The notes under the pieces are model-generated. The model was not told where the DNA came from. It saw only the letters and a list, made by a program, of their open reading frames with translations, and did no database searches. This document shows positions 21,782 through 28,920 of a DNA stretch of 64,000 bases, in pieces (the stretch's first letter is position 1; every line of letters starts with the position of its first letter). The translations under genes were made by a program, and so were the position numbers. Source of the DNA: Pseudomonadota bacterium (GTDB taxonomy: Bacteria; Pseudomonadota; Gammaproteobacteria; Pseudomonadales; Pseudomonadaceae). Location of the stretch: positions 14,186 through 78,185 of the forward strand of contig JAEWGL010000213.1 in NCBI GenBank assembly GCA_023388335.1, read 5' to 3'.

Positions 21782-22098
21782 TTAAAGCTTTTCCAGCTCG
21801 CCCCAGTCGGAGCTTGAGTTGATCCAACGGGCGTACGTCGACAGCAGCATCTGCATGCTGTGACCAAGCTGTTGGGAGATGAATGCGGGGTTGAGGCCTG
21901 ACATTAAGCATATTGTCGCATAGGTATGGCGGCAGTTGTATGGGGGCCGGTATCGAATCCCAATTCGTTGAGGGCTGACCGCCATTGGTGGTGCAGGTCT
22001 GAGGTCTGTTTGACTTTTTCGGAACGAAGGCCATGGTTTGCGAGATCATGACCTTCCTTGATCGTCATGGTGGTGCAAAGGGCGGCGGCCGACACCAA
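21782..22098 (-). pseudogene. tyrosine integrase remnant (C-terminal catalytic part only, frameshifted)
   Basis: Frame B (21782..21985) encodes ...IRYRPPYNCRHTYATICLMSGLNPAFISQQLGHSMQMLLSTYARWI, with HxxR, His and Tyr catalytic motifs. Frame A (21904..22098) encodes ...HHQWRSALNELG. The two join as ...ALNELG|IRYR... if one G is restored in the GGG run near 21960. The whole N-terminal half is absent. Confidence 0.7.
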
Positions 22099-22124
22099 CG
22101 CTGATCGGCTGGCTTAGCGAGCCA

Positions 22125-22154
22125 TTGATGAAATATGAGCAATATGCGTATACT
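22125..22154 (+). promoter_or_regulatory. sigma70-like promoter of the toxin/antitoxin pair
   Basis: TTGATG-18 nt-TATACT. The -10 element ends only 8 nt before the ATG at 22163 and there is no RBS, so the transcript may be leaderless or nearly so. Confidence 0.4.
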
Positions 22155-22162
22155 TTGACCCA

Positions 22163-22508
22163 ATGAGAACAGTCTTCTTTGAAACCACCACCTTCACCGC
22201 TACGGTAGGCGATTACCTAACCGACGATGAGTACCGGCAGCTCCAGTTGGAGATGCAGAACAATCCTCAAGCTGGCGATGTGATGCCGAGGACTGGTGGG
22301 TTTAGGAAGCTTCGGTGGGCTGATGGTCGACGCGGAAAGGGAAAGCGCGGCGGCTTGCGAGTCATCTATTACTGGCTAACTCGATGATGGCCAATTTTGG
22401 ATGTTCGCGATCTATGACAAGGACGAGCTGGAGAATCTGACCTCAGATCAAGAGAAGGCGCTAAAGGCAGCAATTGGCGCTGAATTGAAGAAGCGAGGCA
22501 AGAAATGA
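22163..22508 (+). pseudogene. RelE/HigB-2-like toxin, interrupted by a frameshift
   Basis: Frame 1 gives MRTVFFETTTFTATVGDYLTDDEYRQLQLEMQNNPQAGDVMPRTGGFRKLRWADGRRGKGKRGGLRVIYYWLTR* (stop at 22385). The +1 frame continues (L)DDGQFWMFAIYDKDELENLTSDQEKALKAAIGAELKKRGKK* and ends at 22508, overlapping the antitoxin ATG (ATGA). Together they reconstruct a full-length toxin of this family. Confidence 0.65.
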
Positions 22509-22819
22509 AAAAACGTGATCTGTTCGCTGAAATGATGCAGGGCGTTAGCGAAATGGCAGCGCAGCGCGAGGGTAAAATTACCCTGCGCCAGTACGAAGGT
22601 GAGGATTTACCCGTTCCCGAGGTAACAGCACGAGAGATTGTGGCGCTGCGTGAAAGACTGCACATGTCTCAGTCTGTATTTGCCAGGCAGATTAGAACCA
22701 GTCCAAGCACGCTAAGGAATTGGGAGCAGTCGAAGTCAAAGCCGAATGACCAAGCGGCGCTGCTGATTAAGCTCGTTCAGCGCTTTCCTGATATGGTCGA
22801 GCGCCTTAAGGCGGTTTGA
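22505..22819 (+). CDS. XRE-type HTH antitoxin (HigA-2/NadS-like)
   Basis: 104-aa ORF. REIVALRERLHMSQSVFARQIRTSPSTLRNWEQSKSKPNDQAALLIKLV is the typical HTH of antitoxins encoded downstream of HigB-2-like toxins. Confidence 0.8.
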   Translation: MKKRDLFAEMMQGVSEMAAQREGKITLRQYEGEDLPVPEVTAREIVALRERLHMSQSVFARQIRTSPSTLRNWEQSKSKPNDQAALLIKLVQRFPDMVERLKAV

Positions 22820-22889
22820 GCCGAGGAGTTTTACAACGCCCGGCCCTGCGCTGTAATGCTGTTCATTGAAGCCAAGCGTGACCTCAACT

Positions 22890-22933
22890 GGGGCTGCTTC
22901 GCAGCCCTTCGCGGGCAAGCCCGCGCCCACAGG
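22890..22933. repeat. P. putida-type REP (repetitive extragenic palindromic) element, single copy
   Basis: GGGGCTGCTTCGCAGCCCTTCGCGGGCAAGCCCGCGCCCACAGG forms two adjacent GC hairpins (GGGCTGC/GCAGCCC and GCGGGC/GCCCGC). It gives the characteristic spurious translation GAGLPAKGCEAAP (ORF 22736..22930). Confidence 0.5.
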
Positions 22934-23027
22934 GTTCAGCTAAATCAATGAGTTAGCGTGTGTTCTATGAGCGAGCAGAAGATGATCGACGTTTTTGCTG
23001 CTGTGGAGCGATCCTGAGCGGTTGCCA

Positions 23028-23714
23028 TCACTGAGCCTGGATCAGCTCAGCGCCCTGATTGCGCACGTTACCCACCTGCTTGCTCACCGGATACCACCGA
23101 AAGTCCTCGGCTGGACGGCACCCAGTCTGCACGATCTGTGCGGCCCGTTCGACTGGGGTAGTTGGGTCAAGCCACTCCCGAGCAGTTTCAGGCGTCAGTA
23201 CCAGTGGCTTGCGGTCGTGAATGTCGACCAACCCTTGGTCGGCGGCGGCCGTGATAATCACGAAACCATCCCGCTCATCAGGCTCAATGCCGCGGTGCAC
23301 CTCGGTCAGCGCCGCAAAGAACAATGGCTCCCCACTGGCTGCGCTGATGTAGTAAGGCTGCTTGCGCTTGGGGTCCTGCGGATCCGGAATCCACTCGAAC
23401 CATCCATTTGCCGGGGCCAGGGCACGGCCATTCGGCCACAGCCCTTTGAAGAAATTCCCTGCCATTACCGTTTCGGCCCGTGCATTGATGGGGTCAGGTC
23501 GCTTTCCCTTCGCCCAGAACGGCGACCATCCCCACTTCACTCGATCGACGCTCAGCCCTCCATCGACTGGCCGGATAAGCTCGACGCGGGTGGACGGCGC
23601 GACGTTGTAGCGATTGATCTGCTCATGGTCGTAGCCATTGATCACCATCAAGTCCAGCGAGAGCTGTTTCAGGTAGTGGTCCATTGCCTCATAGATTGAG
23701 TACCGTCCGCACAT
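23028..23714 (-). CDS. SOS response-associated peptidase (SRAP/YedK family, abasic-site sensor)
   Basis: 228-aa ORF starting MCGRY (catalytic Cys2), followed by RYNVAPS and INARAET motifs. Confidence 0.9.
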   Translation of the reverse strand: MCGRYSIYEAMDHYLKQLSLDLMVINGYDHEQINRYNVAPSTRVELIRPVDGGLSVDRVKWGWSPFWAKGKRPDPINARAETVMAGNFFKGLWPNGRALAPANGWFEWIPDPQDPKRKQPYYISAASGEPLFFAALTEVHRGIEPDERDGFVIITAAADQGLVDIHDRKPLVLTPETAREWLDPTTPVERAAQIVQTGCRPAEDFRWYPVSKQVGNVRNQGAELIQAQ

Positions 23715-23828
23715 TTCCTACCTCTCCCTTGGTCGAAAACCATTCTGCCAGGTTGACCCATCGCCCGATGCCTAGAACACCGAGGTGAAAGGGCGGCACC
23801 TTCAAGCAGGCCTGGACTGACAGTGACT

Positions 23829-24149
23829 TCAGTACTCCAGTCGGCGCACTGGGACGTTTCCACGCTTGTACTGCTGATACCCGGTATACGGCAGTAAGAC
23901 GGTATCGACGATGCCTGACGCGGCCATGTCCAGCAAGATAGTAAATGGCGCCCAGTGAGCGCCTGACCTGGCCGGTCCATTCAAATTGCAATACTGATAC
24001 GCAACGCCGCTATAGGCGCGAGGTATCGAGTGGCAACTTGTGCTCCATTTCGCCAGATCATCTACGGCCTTCGATTCATCCGAGACAGATCTGACGGTCC
24101 CGCATCCAGTCAGTGCTGCTACCAGCAAACCTGCAGTCCATAGCTTCAT
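23829..24149 (-). CDS. YceK/YidQ family lipoprotein (DUF1375)
   Basis: ATG at 24149 after AGGAGA. The lipobox is in MKLWTAGLLVAALTGC. C-terminal ILLDMAASGIVDTVLLPYT resembles the E. coli YceK motif ILDLPFSLVFDTLLLPID. Confidence 0.65.
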   Translation of the reverse strand: MKLWTAGLLVAALTGCGTVRSVSDESKAVDDLAKWSTSCHSIPRAYSGVAYQYCNLNGPARSGAHWAPFTILLDMAASGIVDTVLLPYTGYQQYKRGNVPVRRLEY

Positions 24150-24352
24150 AACGGCGCTCTCCTGTGATGGCCTGATCATAGCCTTTCCTAGGCCATCATG
24201 GGGCTGCCCAAATGTTGATCCAGCCTTCAATTATTTAGCGTTCATCAATGGCACCTACCTGTGGCGGCAGCAGCATCGCCGCCAATATCGTAGTGGCAAT
24301 TTGGCTTCATATGGTCTTTGATTTCCCTATACGTCTGTCTTGGAGGGGCAAA

Positions 24353-24562
24353 ATGGAAATCGCTGAGTGCTGCAGACAATCAAGGGATGCATATGATTAT
24401 GCTGATGACCCGCGCTTTTTCTTGGAAACTCAAAGAAGAAACCCGATAGGCTGGGAGATCATATTTTTTGACTGCCAGTACTGCGGCTCGCAGTGGAAGC
24501 GGCAGCGTGAAGCTTTTCAAGGGGGCGACTTGTACTGGGTGCGCCTTCAGCCACAGTCATGA
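24353..24562 (+). CDS. hypothetical small Cys-containing protein (69 aa)
   Basis: GGAGGGG RBS then ATG at 24353. Translation is MEIAECCRQSRDAYDYADDPRFFLETQRRNPIGWEIIFFDCQYCGSQWKRQREAFQGGDLYWVRLQPQS (CC...CxxC). AT-rich, and I recognise no family. Confidence 0.45.
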   Translation: MEIAECCRQSRDAYDYADDPRFFLETQRRNPIGWEIIFFDCQYCGSQWKRQREAFQGGDLYWVRLQPQS

Positions 24563-24656
24563 AGACTGCTTTTTTCAGGGATGATTCGTGCGCAACAGCT
24601 ATTCAAGCAAGCACACTCTTGGCTTTGGAATCTGGCGCGCTCGGCAGGCGTAAAAA

Positions 24657-24677
24657 AGCCCGGCCTTTAGCCGGGCT
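24657..24677 (-). terminator. rho-independent terminator of higBA
   Basis: Read on the minus strand: AGCCCGGC-TAAAG-GCCGGGCT followed by TTTTTTA, 14 nt after the higA stop. Confidence 0.65.
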
Positions 24678-24690
24678 CCGGAATCGAGCG

Positions 24691-24993
24691 TCAGGCAACG
24701 AATAAACGCTGCACTTGCTCGGCTATTTTCTCTCCATGCTCTTGCTCGGCCTTGCGCAATTCGTAGGCCGTTTGCAGGTTAAGCCAAAACTCTGGAGTAG
24801 TGTCCAGGCAGGCGGCAAGACGAAGCGCCATATCAGCAGAAACGCCACCGCGCTCAAGCAAGATATTGTTCACGGTAGGGGTAGAGACACCCAAAGCGCG
24901 AGCCAAGGCAGCGGCGCTAAAGCTTATCTCACTCTGAAAATCCTCGCGCAGAACCTCGCCAGGATGTACGGGTCGCATGCCATTCTTGAACAT
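24691..24993 (-). CDS. higA: HigA antitoxin (XRE-type HTH)
   Basis: MFKNGMRPVHPGEVLREDFQSEISFSAAALARALGVSTPTVNNILLERGGVSADMALRLAACLDTTPEFWLNLQTAYELRKAE is the canonical HigA/VapI pattern. Confidence 0.85.
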   Translation of the reverse strand: MFKNGMRPVHPGEVLREDFQSEISFSAAALARALGVSTPTVNNILLERGGVSADMALRLAACLDTTPEFWLNLQTAYELRKAEQEHGEKIAEQVQRLFVA

Positions 24994-25001
24994 GATCCAC
25001 C

Positions 25002-25280
25002 TCAATGATAGTCAACAATTTCAACGTTTTCAGGACCATCCCCAGTCCACACGAAGCATAAGCGCCATTGGTCATTGATTGGTATGCTGTGCTGCCCAGC
25101 ACGGTTTCCACGAAGAGACTCAAGTCGATTACCGGGCGGTGAACGCAAGTCTCGAAGCTCTTTAGCGGCATCCAGCGCGGCCAGCTTGCGCTCGGCGACT
25201 GATTTGATATCGGACCAGTGCCGCGTTTTCCCGGTGGCGAAGAGCGCTCCGGTATCAGCGCATGCGAAGCTTCGGATCAT
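25002..25280 (-). CDS. higB: HigB toxin (plasmid maintenance system killer, RelE superfamily)
   Basis: 92-aa ORF MIRSFACADTGALFATGKTRHWSDIKSVAERKLAALDAAKELRDLRSPPGNRLESLRGNRAGQHSIPINDQWRLCFVW, the canonical HigB pattern. Toxin-first order. Confidence 0.85.
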   Translation of the reverse strand: MIRSFACADTGALFATGKTRHWSDIKSVAERKLAALDAAKELRDLRSPPGNRLESLRGNRAGQHSIPINDQWRLCFVWTGDGPENVEIVDYH

Positions 25281-25293
25281 GATTCGTAAGGCT

Positions 25294-25342
25294 TAACGTT
25301 ATTCGTTATGCTTGAGTATACGCCGTTTCTCCAGGTACTCAA
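25294..25342 (-). promoter_or_regulatory. higBA promoter with candidate HigA operator
   Basis: Read on the minus strand: TTGAGT-16 nt-TATACT (25342..25315), followed by the inverted repeat TAACG-AATAA-CGTTA (25308..25294) just upstream of the higB ATG. Confidence 0.45.
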
Positions 25343-25929
25343 CGATGGGTTGATACCGTTTCACGGTGCTGTCGGGCACTGGTTCCGGTGCCGCTTGGCC
25401 GCTTTGACGAGCGAATCCGCTGAGGCTGTTGGCCGAGGTTGTGGCGAAGGCGCGCCTCAGGCAAGGATTATCCCGGGTTGCTCGCTGCGCGAGTGAACGG
25501 CATGGAAAGGAACGGCAAGGCGCTGAAAAGAACGGCGACAGCTGATCAAGACCGAACCTGGCCCGTACTGCCTGTCGCCATCTCGCTTTCGTGATTTTTG
25601 TCGCTCACCGGAACGAGCACGTCCACTTGTGATTGCAGCGGTACGGCGCGCGAGTGAAGGCGACGTCCGATACGCGAGTGAGGCCGCGTTTTGCCAGGGC
25701 CTCGGTGAGCTGGGCGAGTGTCTCTGCTTCGATAGTCATTGCTGTACCTCGTCAGATTTACTGTGCTTATGTTTCTGGACTCGGCGTCTGGCGGCAGAAT
25801 TCACTTTGATTTTTCTCTGTTTTCCGCTTGATGATGATCGGATGAGCGGCATCGAATTCATTCGAACGTCTTCGTCGTGGCCTCCCTCCAAGTTCTACAG
25901 ATCCGTTATTGCAGGGCAGAGGAGAAGCA

Positions 25930-26166
25930 ATGATGAAACCTACAGACGACCAGGACATTTCCCGAGACGACCTTGCGCCGCTCTCGCCAGACCCGCTGAG
26001 CCCGGGCCGTACGGATGTCAATCCATCCCGTGAGCCGGGCGTGGAGGAGCTGCCAGTCAACGAGGGAGAGCGTCCGCTCGATGATCAGGATACGGGTCTT
26101 GATCCTGGCCGGGTGCGCGAGGAAACCGACAACGCTGAGCTGGACAACCAGCCAAACCCGCGTTGA
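25930..26166 (+). CDS. hypothetical acidic, Pro/Asp-rich, probably disordered small protein (78 aa)
   Basis: GAGGAGAA RBS then ATG at 25930. Translation MMKPTDDQDISRDDLAPLSPDPLSPGRTDVNPSREPGVEELPVNEGERPLDDQDTGLDPGRVREETDNAELDNQPNPR. Confidence 0.55.
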   Translation: MMKPTDDQDISRDDLAPLSPDPLSPGRTDVNPSREPGVEELPVNEGERPLDDQDTGLDPGRVREETDNAELDNQPNPR

Positions 26167-26180
26167 GCTGGGAGCCGAAG

Positions 26181-26354
26181 ATGACTCAGACACGTCAAGG
26201 AGCGAGTCCCTCGGCCAATGAGCCGATCAACCCCGAACCCACCAACCCCCTACACCCCAGGGAAGAGCCAGCGGATGACGCCATCGATCGCGGGCTACCC
26301 GATCAGCCGGAACAATATCCGGATGAGCAGGATATGCCGCTGCCGAACGATTGA
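26181..26354 (+). CDS. hypothetical acidic Pro-rich small protein (57 aa)
   Basis: GGGAG RBS then ATG at 26181. Translation MTQTRQGASPSANEPINPEPTNPLHPREEPADDAIDRGLPDQPEQYPDEQDMPLPND. A strong terminator follows. Confidence 0.5.
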   Translation: MTQTRQGASPSANEPINPEPTNPLHPREEPADDAIDRGLPDQPEQYPDEQDMPLPND

Positions 26355-26382
26355 TCCGAACACTGTTGCAAGCATGCTCTTT

Positions 26383-26406
26383 TGCCCGCCGCAAGGCGGG
26401 CTTTTT
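26383..26406 (+). terminator. rho-independent terminator
   Basis: GCCCGCC-GCAA-GGCGGGC followed by TTTTTT. Confidence 0.75.
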
Positions 26407-26500
26407 TATGCGGGGGAGTAAAGGGCTATTTACGTCTGACGTCGACCGCAGCCGGCATTATGCGTAAAGTCCTACCCCACCCCAGCCACGGAACCCTGCC

Positions 26501-27001
26501 ATGTCCAACGCTTTCACCAAACTCTCGTCGCCCGTCGGTACGCTTACCTTGGTGGCACGGGGCGACAAGCTGGCGGCGGTACTGTGGGAACACGAGCGGG
26601 CCAATCGGGTACGCTTGGGCGAATTGCATGTGGACCAGGGCCACCCCGTGCTGCGGGAAACCGCACGTCAGCTGGAGGAGTATTTCGCCGGCAGCCGCGA
26701 GCGCTTCGAGCTGGAGCTGGATTTTGTCGGAACCGATTTTCAGCGCGCTGTCTGGGCAGCATTGCTGACCATTCCGTTCGGCCACACCCGCAGCTACAGC
26801 GAGATCGCCCGGCAGATCGGCAGGCCTGCGGCAGTGCGCGCCGTGGGCGCGGCCAATGGGCGCAATCCTATTTCCATCATTGCGCCGTGCCACCGGGTAA
26901 TCGGTGCGTCGGGCAGCCTGACGGGGTTTGCCGGGGGCTTGCAGGCCAAACAGTACCTGTTGGCGCTGGAAGGGCGCGAGAGCCTGGCGCTGGCATTCTG
27001 A
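26501..27001 (+). CDS. ogt: methylated-DNA--protein-cysteine methyltransferase
   Basis: 166-aa ORF with the active site IIAPCHRVIG and the TRSYSEIA helix. Confidence 0.92.
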   Translation: MSNAFTKLSSPVGTLTLVARGDKLAAVLWEHERANRVRLGELHVDQGHPVLRETARQLEEYFAGSRERFELELDFVGTDFQRAVWAALLTIPFGHTRSYSEIARQIGRPAAVRAVGAANGRNPISIIAPCHRVIGASGSLTGFAGGLQAKQYLLALEGRESLALAF

Positions 27002-27004
27002 AGC

Positions 27005-27247
27005 TCAGCCCAGCAGCCAGAGCAGCAATGACAGCAACGCCACCAGCGCAGTGCCAGCCAGCGCCGTGTATTCAAGCCGGGCGCGCTGTGCCTGGGCCTG
27101 CACCTCGCGCAGGTACTGTCCGGGCGGCGGTGCGTCCGGGCGATGGCGCAAGCCCTCGGCGATGTCCTTTAGGCGTCCCTGGATCAGCAGGCCAACCAAG
27201 GCATAGGTGAGGGCATAACCCGACAAGGCCAGCACCAGGTACTTCAC
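27005..27247 (-). CDS. small two-TM membrane protein (80 aa)
   Basis: Its GTG start overlaps the stop of the upstream C-N hydrolase (GTGA). Hydrophobic N- and C-termini. Confidence 0.5.
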   Translation of the reverse strand: MKYLVLALSGYALTYALVGLLIQGRLKDIAEGLRHRPDAPPPGQYLREVQAQAQRARLEYTALAGTALVALLSLLLWLLG

Positions 27248-27987
27248 GTCGCCAAGTCCATCAGCGGCAGGGCCGTGGCGCGTTGCGCGACGCTGTCGAA
27301 CAGCAGCAGGCCTTCTTCATCGGCGCCCAGAGCGGCCAGCAGTTGCCCGTGGCGATCCCAGGCGGCCGACTGGCCAGCGCCCATGCAGCCATCGGCCAGA
27401 CCGACACTGTTGGCCATGATCACCGAAAGGCCGAATCGCTTGGCTACCTGGGGGTAATGGGCAAAACCCTCTGCGATGCCCTTGGCGGTCTTGACCACGC
27501 TCACCAGGTACAGGTCTGCGCCCAATGCCCGCGCCTGCTCGGCGTGGCCGGCAAACATCGATTCGTAGCAGATGGCGGGGGCCAGGTGCTGTTCGCCGGC
27601 CTGAAATGCCAGCGACTGCTTCCCAGGGACGAACCAGGGCAATTCGTCTTCATGCAGGCGCTGCTTGGCGTAGACCAGCCTTGCCGCGCCTGGACGCAAG
27701 ATCGGCATGCCGATGCGTATCCCGTGATCGGTTGCCAGGGGCAGGCCGACAGCAATGACGATACCGTGCTGGTCGCTGAGCGCCTGCAGCGGATCGAGCA
27801 GGCCAGTGTCGGCCGGCCTCGCCAGCCCACGGGCCAGCGTCGGCTCGTAACCGCTCAAGGACAGTTCCGGAAAAACCACTACATCAGCTGCTGCTCGCGC
27901 CGCTTGGCGGACCACCTGCAGGTGACGCTGGAGATTGCCTTGCAGGTCGCCCCTGAGCGAGGCCAGTTGAGCGGCGCAGATTTTCAC
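27244..27987 (-). CDS. carbon-nitrogen hydrolase (nitrilase superfamily) protein
   Basis: GTG at 27987 after GAGGA gives VKICAAQLASLRGDLQGNL...VVVFPELSLSGYEP (catalytic Glu) and ...LAPAICYES (catalytic Cys). Confidence 0.85.
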   Translation of the reverse strand: MKICAAQLASLRGDLQGNLQRHLQVVRQAARAAADVVVFPELSLSGYEPTLARGLARPADTGLLDPLQALSDQHGIVIAVGLPLATDHGIRIGMPILRPGAARLVYAKQRLHEDELPWFVPGKQSLAFQAGEQHLAPAICYESMFAGHAEQARALGADLYLVSVVKTAKGIAEGFAHYPQVAKRFGLSVIMANSVGLADGCMGAGQSAAWDRHGQLLAALGADEEGLLLFDSVAQRATALPLMDLAT

Positions 27988-28115
27988 GGTCAGTCGTCCT
28001 CGACACAGTGGGGAGCAGCGATGCCTGAGAATACCTGTACAGGCTGTCGGAGGCATCCCTTCACCCGCGTATTACCGCGATCGCCCTGCGCTGTCTGCCA
28101 GGGATCCCAGGGTGC

Positions 28116-28628
28116 TCAAGACGCCGGCTGCGGCGCAAAGCGCTGCCTGAACCAGTCGCCGAGCATGGTCTTTTCCGCGAAGAGCCGGTCGTTGCTGGTC
28201 TGGCGGCCTGGCCGGCTGAGGTACATCTTGTCACTGACACGGTCGGAGGCCTGCTTTACCGGCTCTCCCCCGTTGGATAGGGTGTAATGCAGCTCGATGG
28301 TCGGCCAAGTGATATCGCGCATGAAGCGCACATCGTAGGCGCGGCTGTGCCAGGGTTCGTAGCGACCGGCCAGGTCGATATCGCGGATGTCGATGGTCAG
28401 TTGTTGGCCGGGCTGCAGGTAACGCTCGCCGAGCTTTTGCAGGTGCAGGGTCAGGGCCTTCATGACTTCGACGTCGGCGCCGCGCTCGTAACCTTGACTG
28501 TTGAGACTGGCATCGCGAAATTTCTCCGGATGGTCGAAACGTACCTCTACCGTCGAGGCCGGGTTGGTTTGCGCCATGCTGCTGCACGCCAACAGTGACA
28601 GCGCGGCGCAGATAAGGACGGAACGCAT
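28116..28628 (-). CDS. DUF3016 family periplasmic protein
   Basis: 170-aa ORF with signal peptide MRSVLICAALSLLACSSMAQ and the IDIRDIDLAG motif I associate with DUF3016. Confidence 0.65.
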   Translation of the reverse strand: MRSVLICAALSLLACSSMAQTNPASTVEVRFDHPEKFRDASLNSQGYERGADVEVMKALTLHLQKLGERYLQPGQQLTIDIRDIDLAGRYEPWHSRAYDVRFMRDITWPTIELHYTLSNGGEPVKQASDRVSDKMYLSRPGRQTSNDRLFAEKTMLGDWFRQRFAPQPAS

Positions 28629-28731
28629 GATGTACCTCCAGGCGGGACTGCTTGCCTGCTCATTCTACGCTTCTTGGGCATGCGCCAGCAGAGCAGCCGG
28701 CACAACCTGCTGCGCTGGCGTATGAGCTGGG

Positions 28732-28920
28732 TCAAAACCAAACCAGATGAGCAAGCACGCCGAGGGCCAGGAGGATCAGCACGGCGCCCGAGCAGCATCC
28801 GTACACCGTCTTCCAGACTAGGCTATGGGCCTTGTAGCAGGCGCGGCTGTGGCAGGCACGGCGGCTTTCTATCCAGGGCAGGGCAGGATCACGCCAGAAT
28901 TCGCTGTGGGCTCGGGTCAT
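28732..28920 (-). pseudogene. N-terminal remnant of an AraC-family regulator (AraC_N type)
   Basis: MTRAHSEFWRDPALPWIESRRACHSRACYKAHS... matches the characteristic start of AraC_N regulators that pair divergently with LysE exporters. After about 35-47 aa the similarity is lost and the frame stops at 62 aa. The HTH domains are absent. Confidence 0.45.

Larger units (their letters stand above)
21720..25900. mobile_element. decayed integrative genomic island (integrase remnant, two TA modules, SRAP, orphan small genes)
   Basis: Visibly AT-richer than the flanks by eye. Contains a broken integrase at the left edge next to ybiT, addiction modules and pseudogenes. The right boundary is uncertain (25.3-26.4 kb). 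Confidence 0.5.

Noticed and set aside
22380-22390. Possibility that the toxin frameshift is a programmed +1/-1 ribosomal frameshift or a recoding site.
   Set aside because: There is no slippery heptamer or downstream structure, and TA toxins of this family are not known to be recoded. An inactivating indel or a sequencing error is the simpler explanation.
21762-25365. The shared 8-mer TTGATACC plus TTT, seen at 21771 and at ~25351, considered as possible island-flanking direct repeats.
   Set aside because: An 8-nt match is expected by chance a couple of times in 64 kb, and the second copy lies inside, not at, any plausible island boundary.
25308-25496. 62-aa + strand ORF, together with the 134-aa ORF at 25629..26033, in the decayed part of the island.
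   Set aside because: Neither has an RBS. Their Cys/Arg/Leu-rich translations have no motifs, and the second runs through the start of the better-supported acidic small ORF (25930). They are treated as non-coding.
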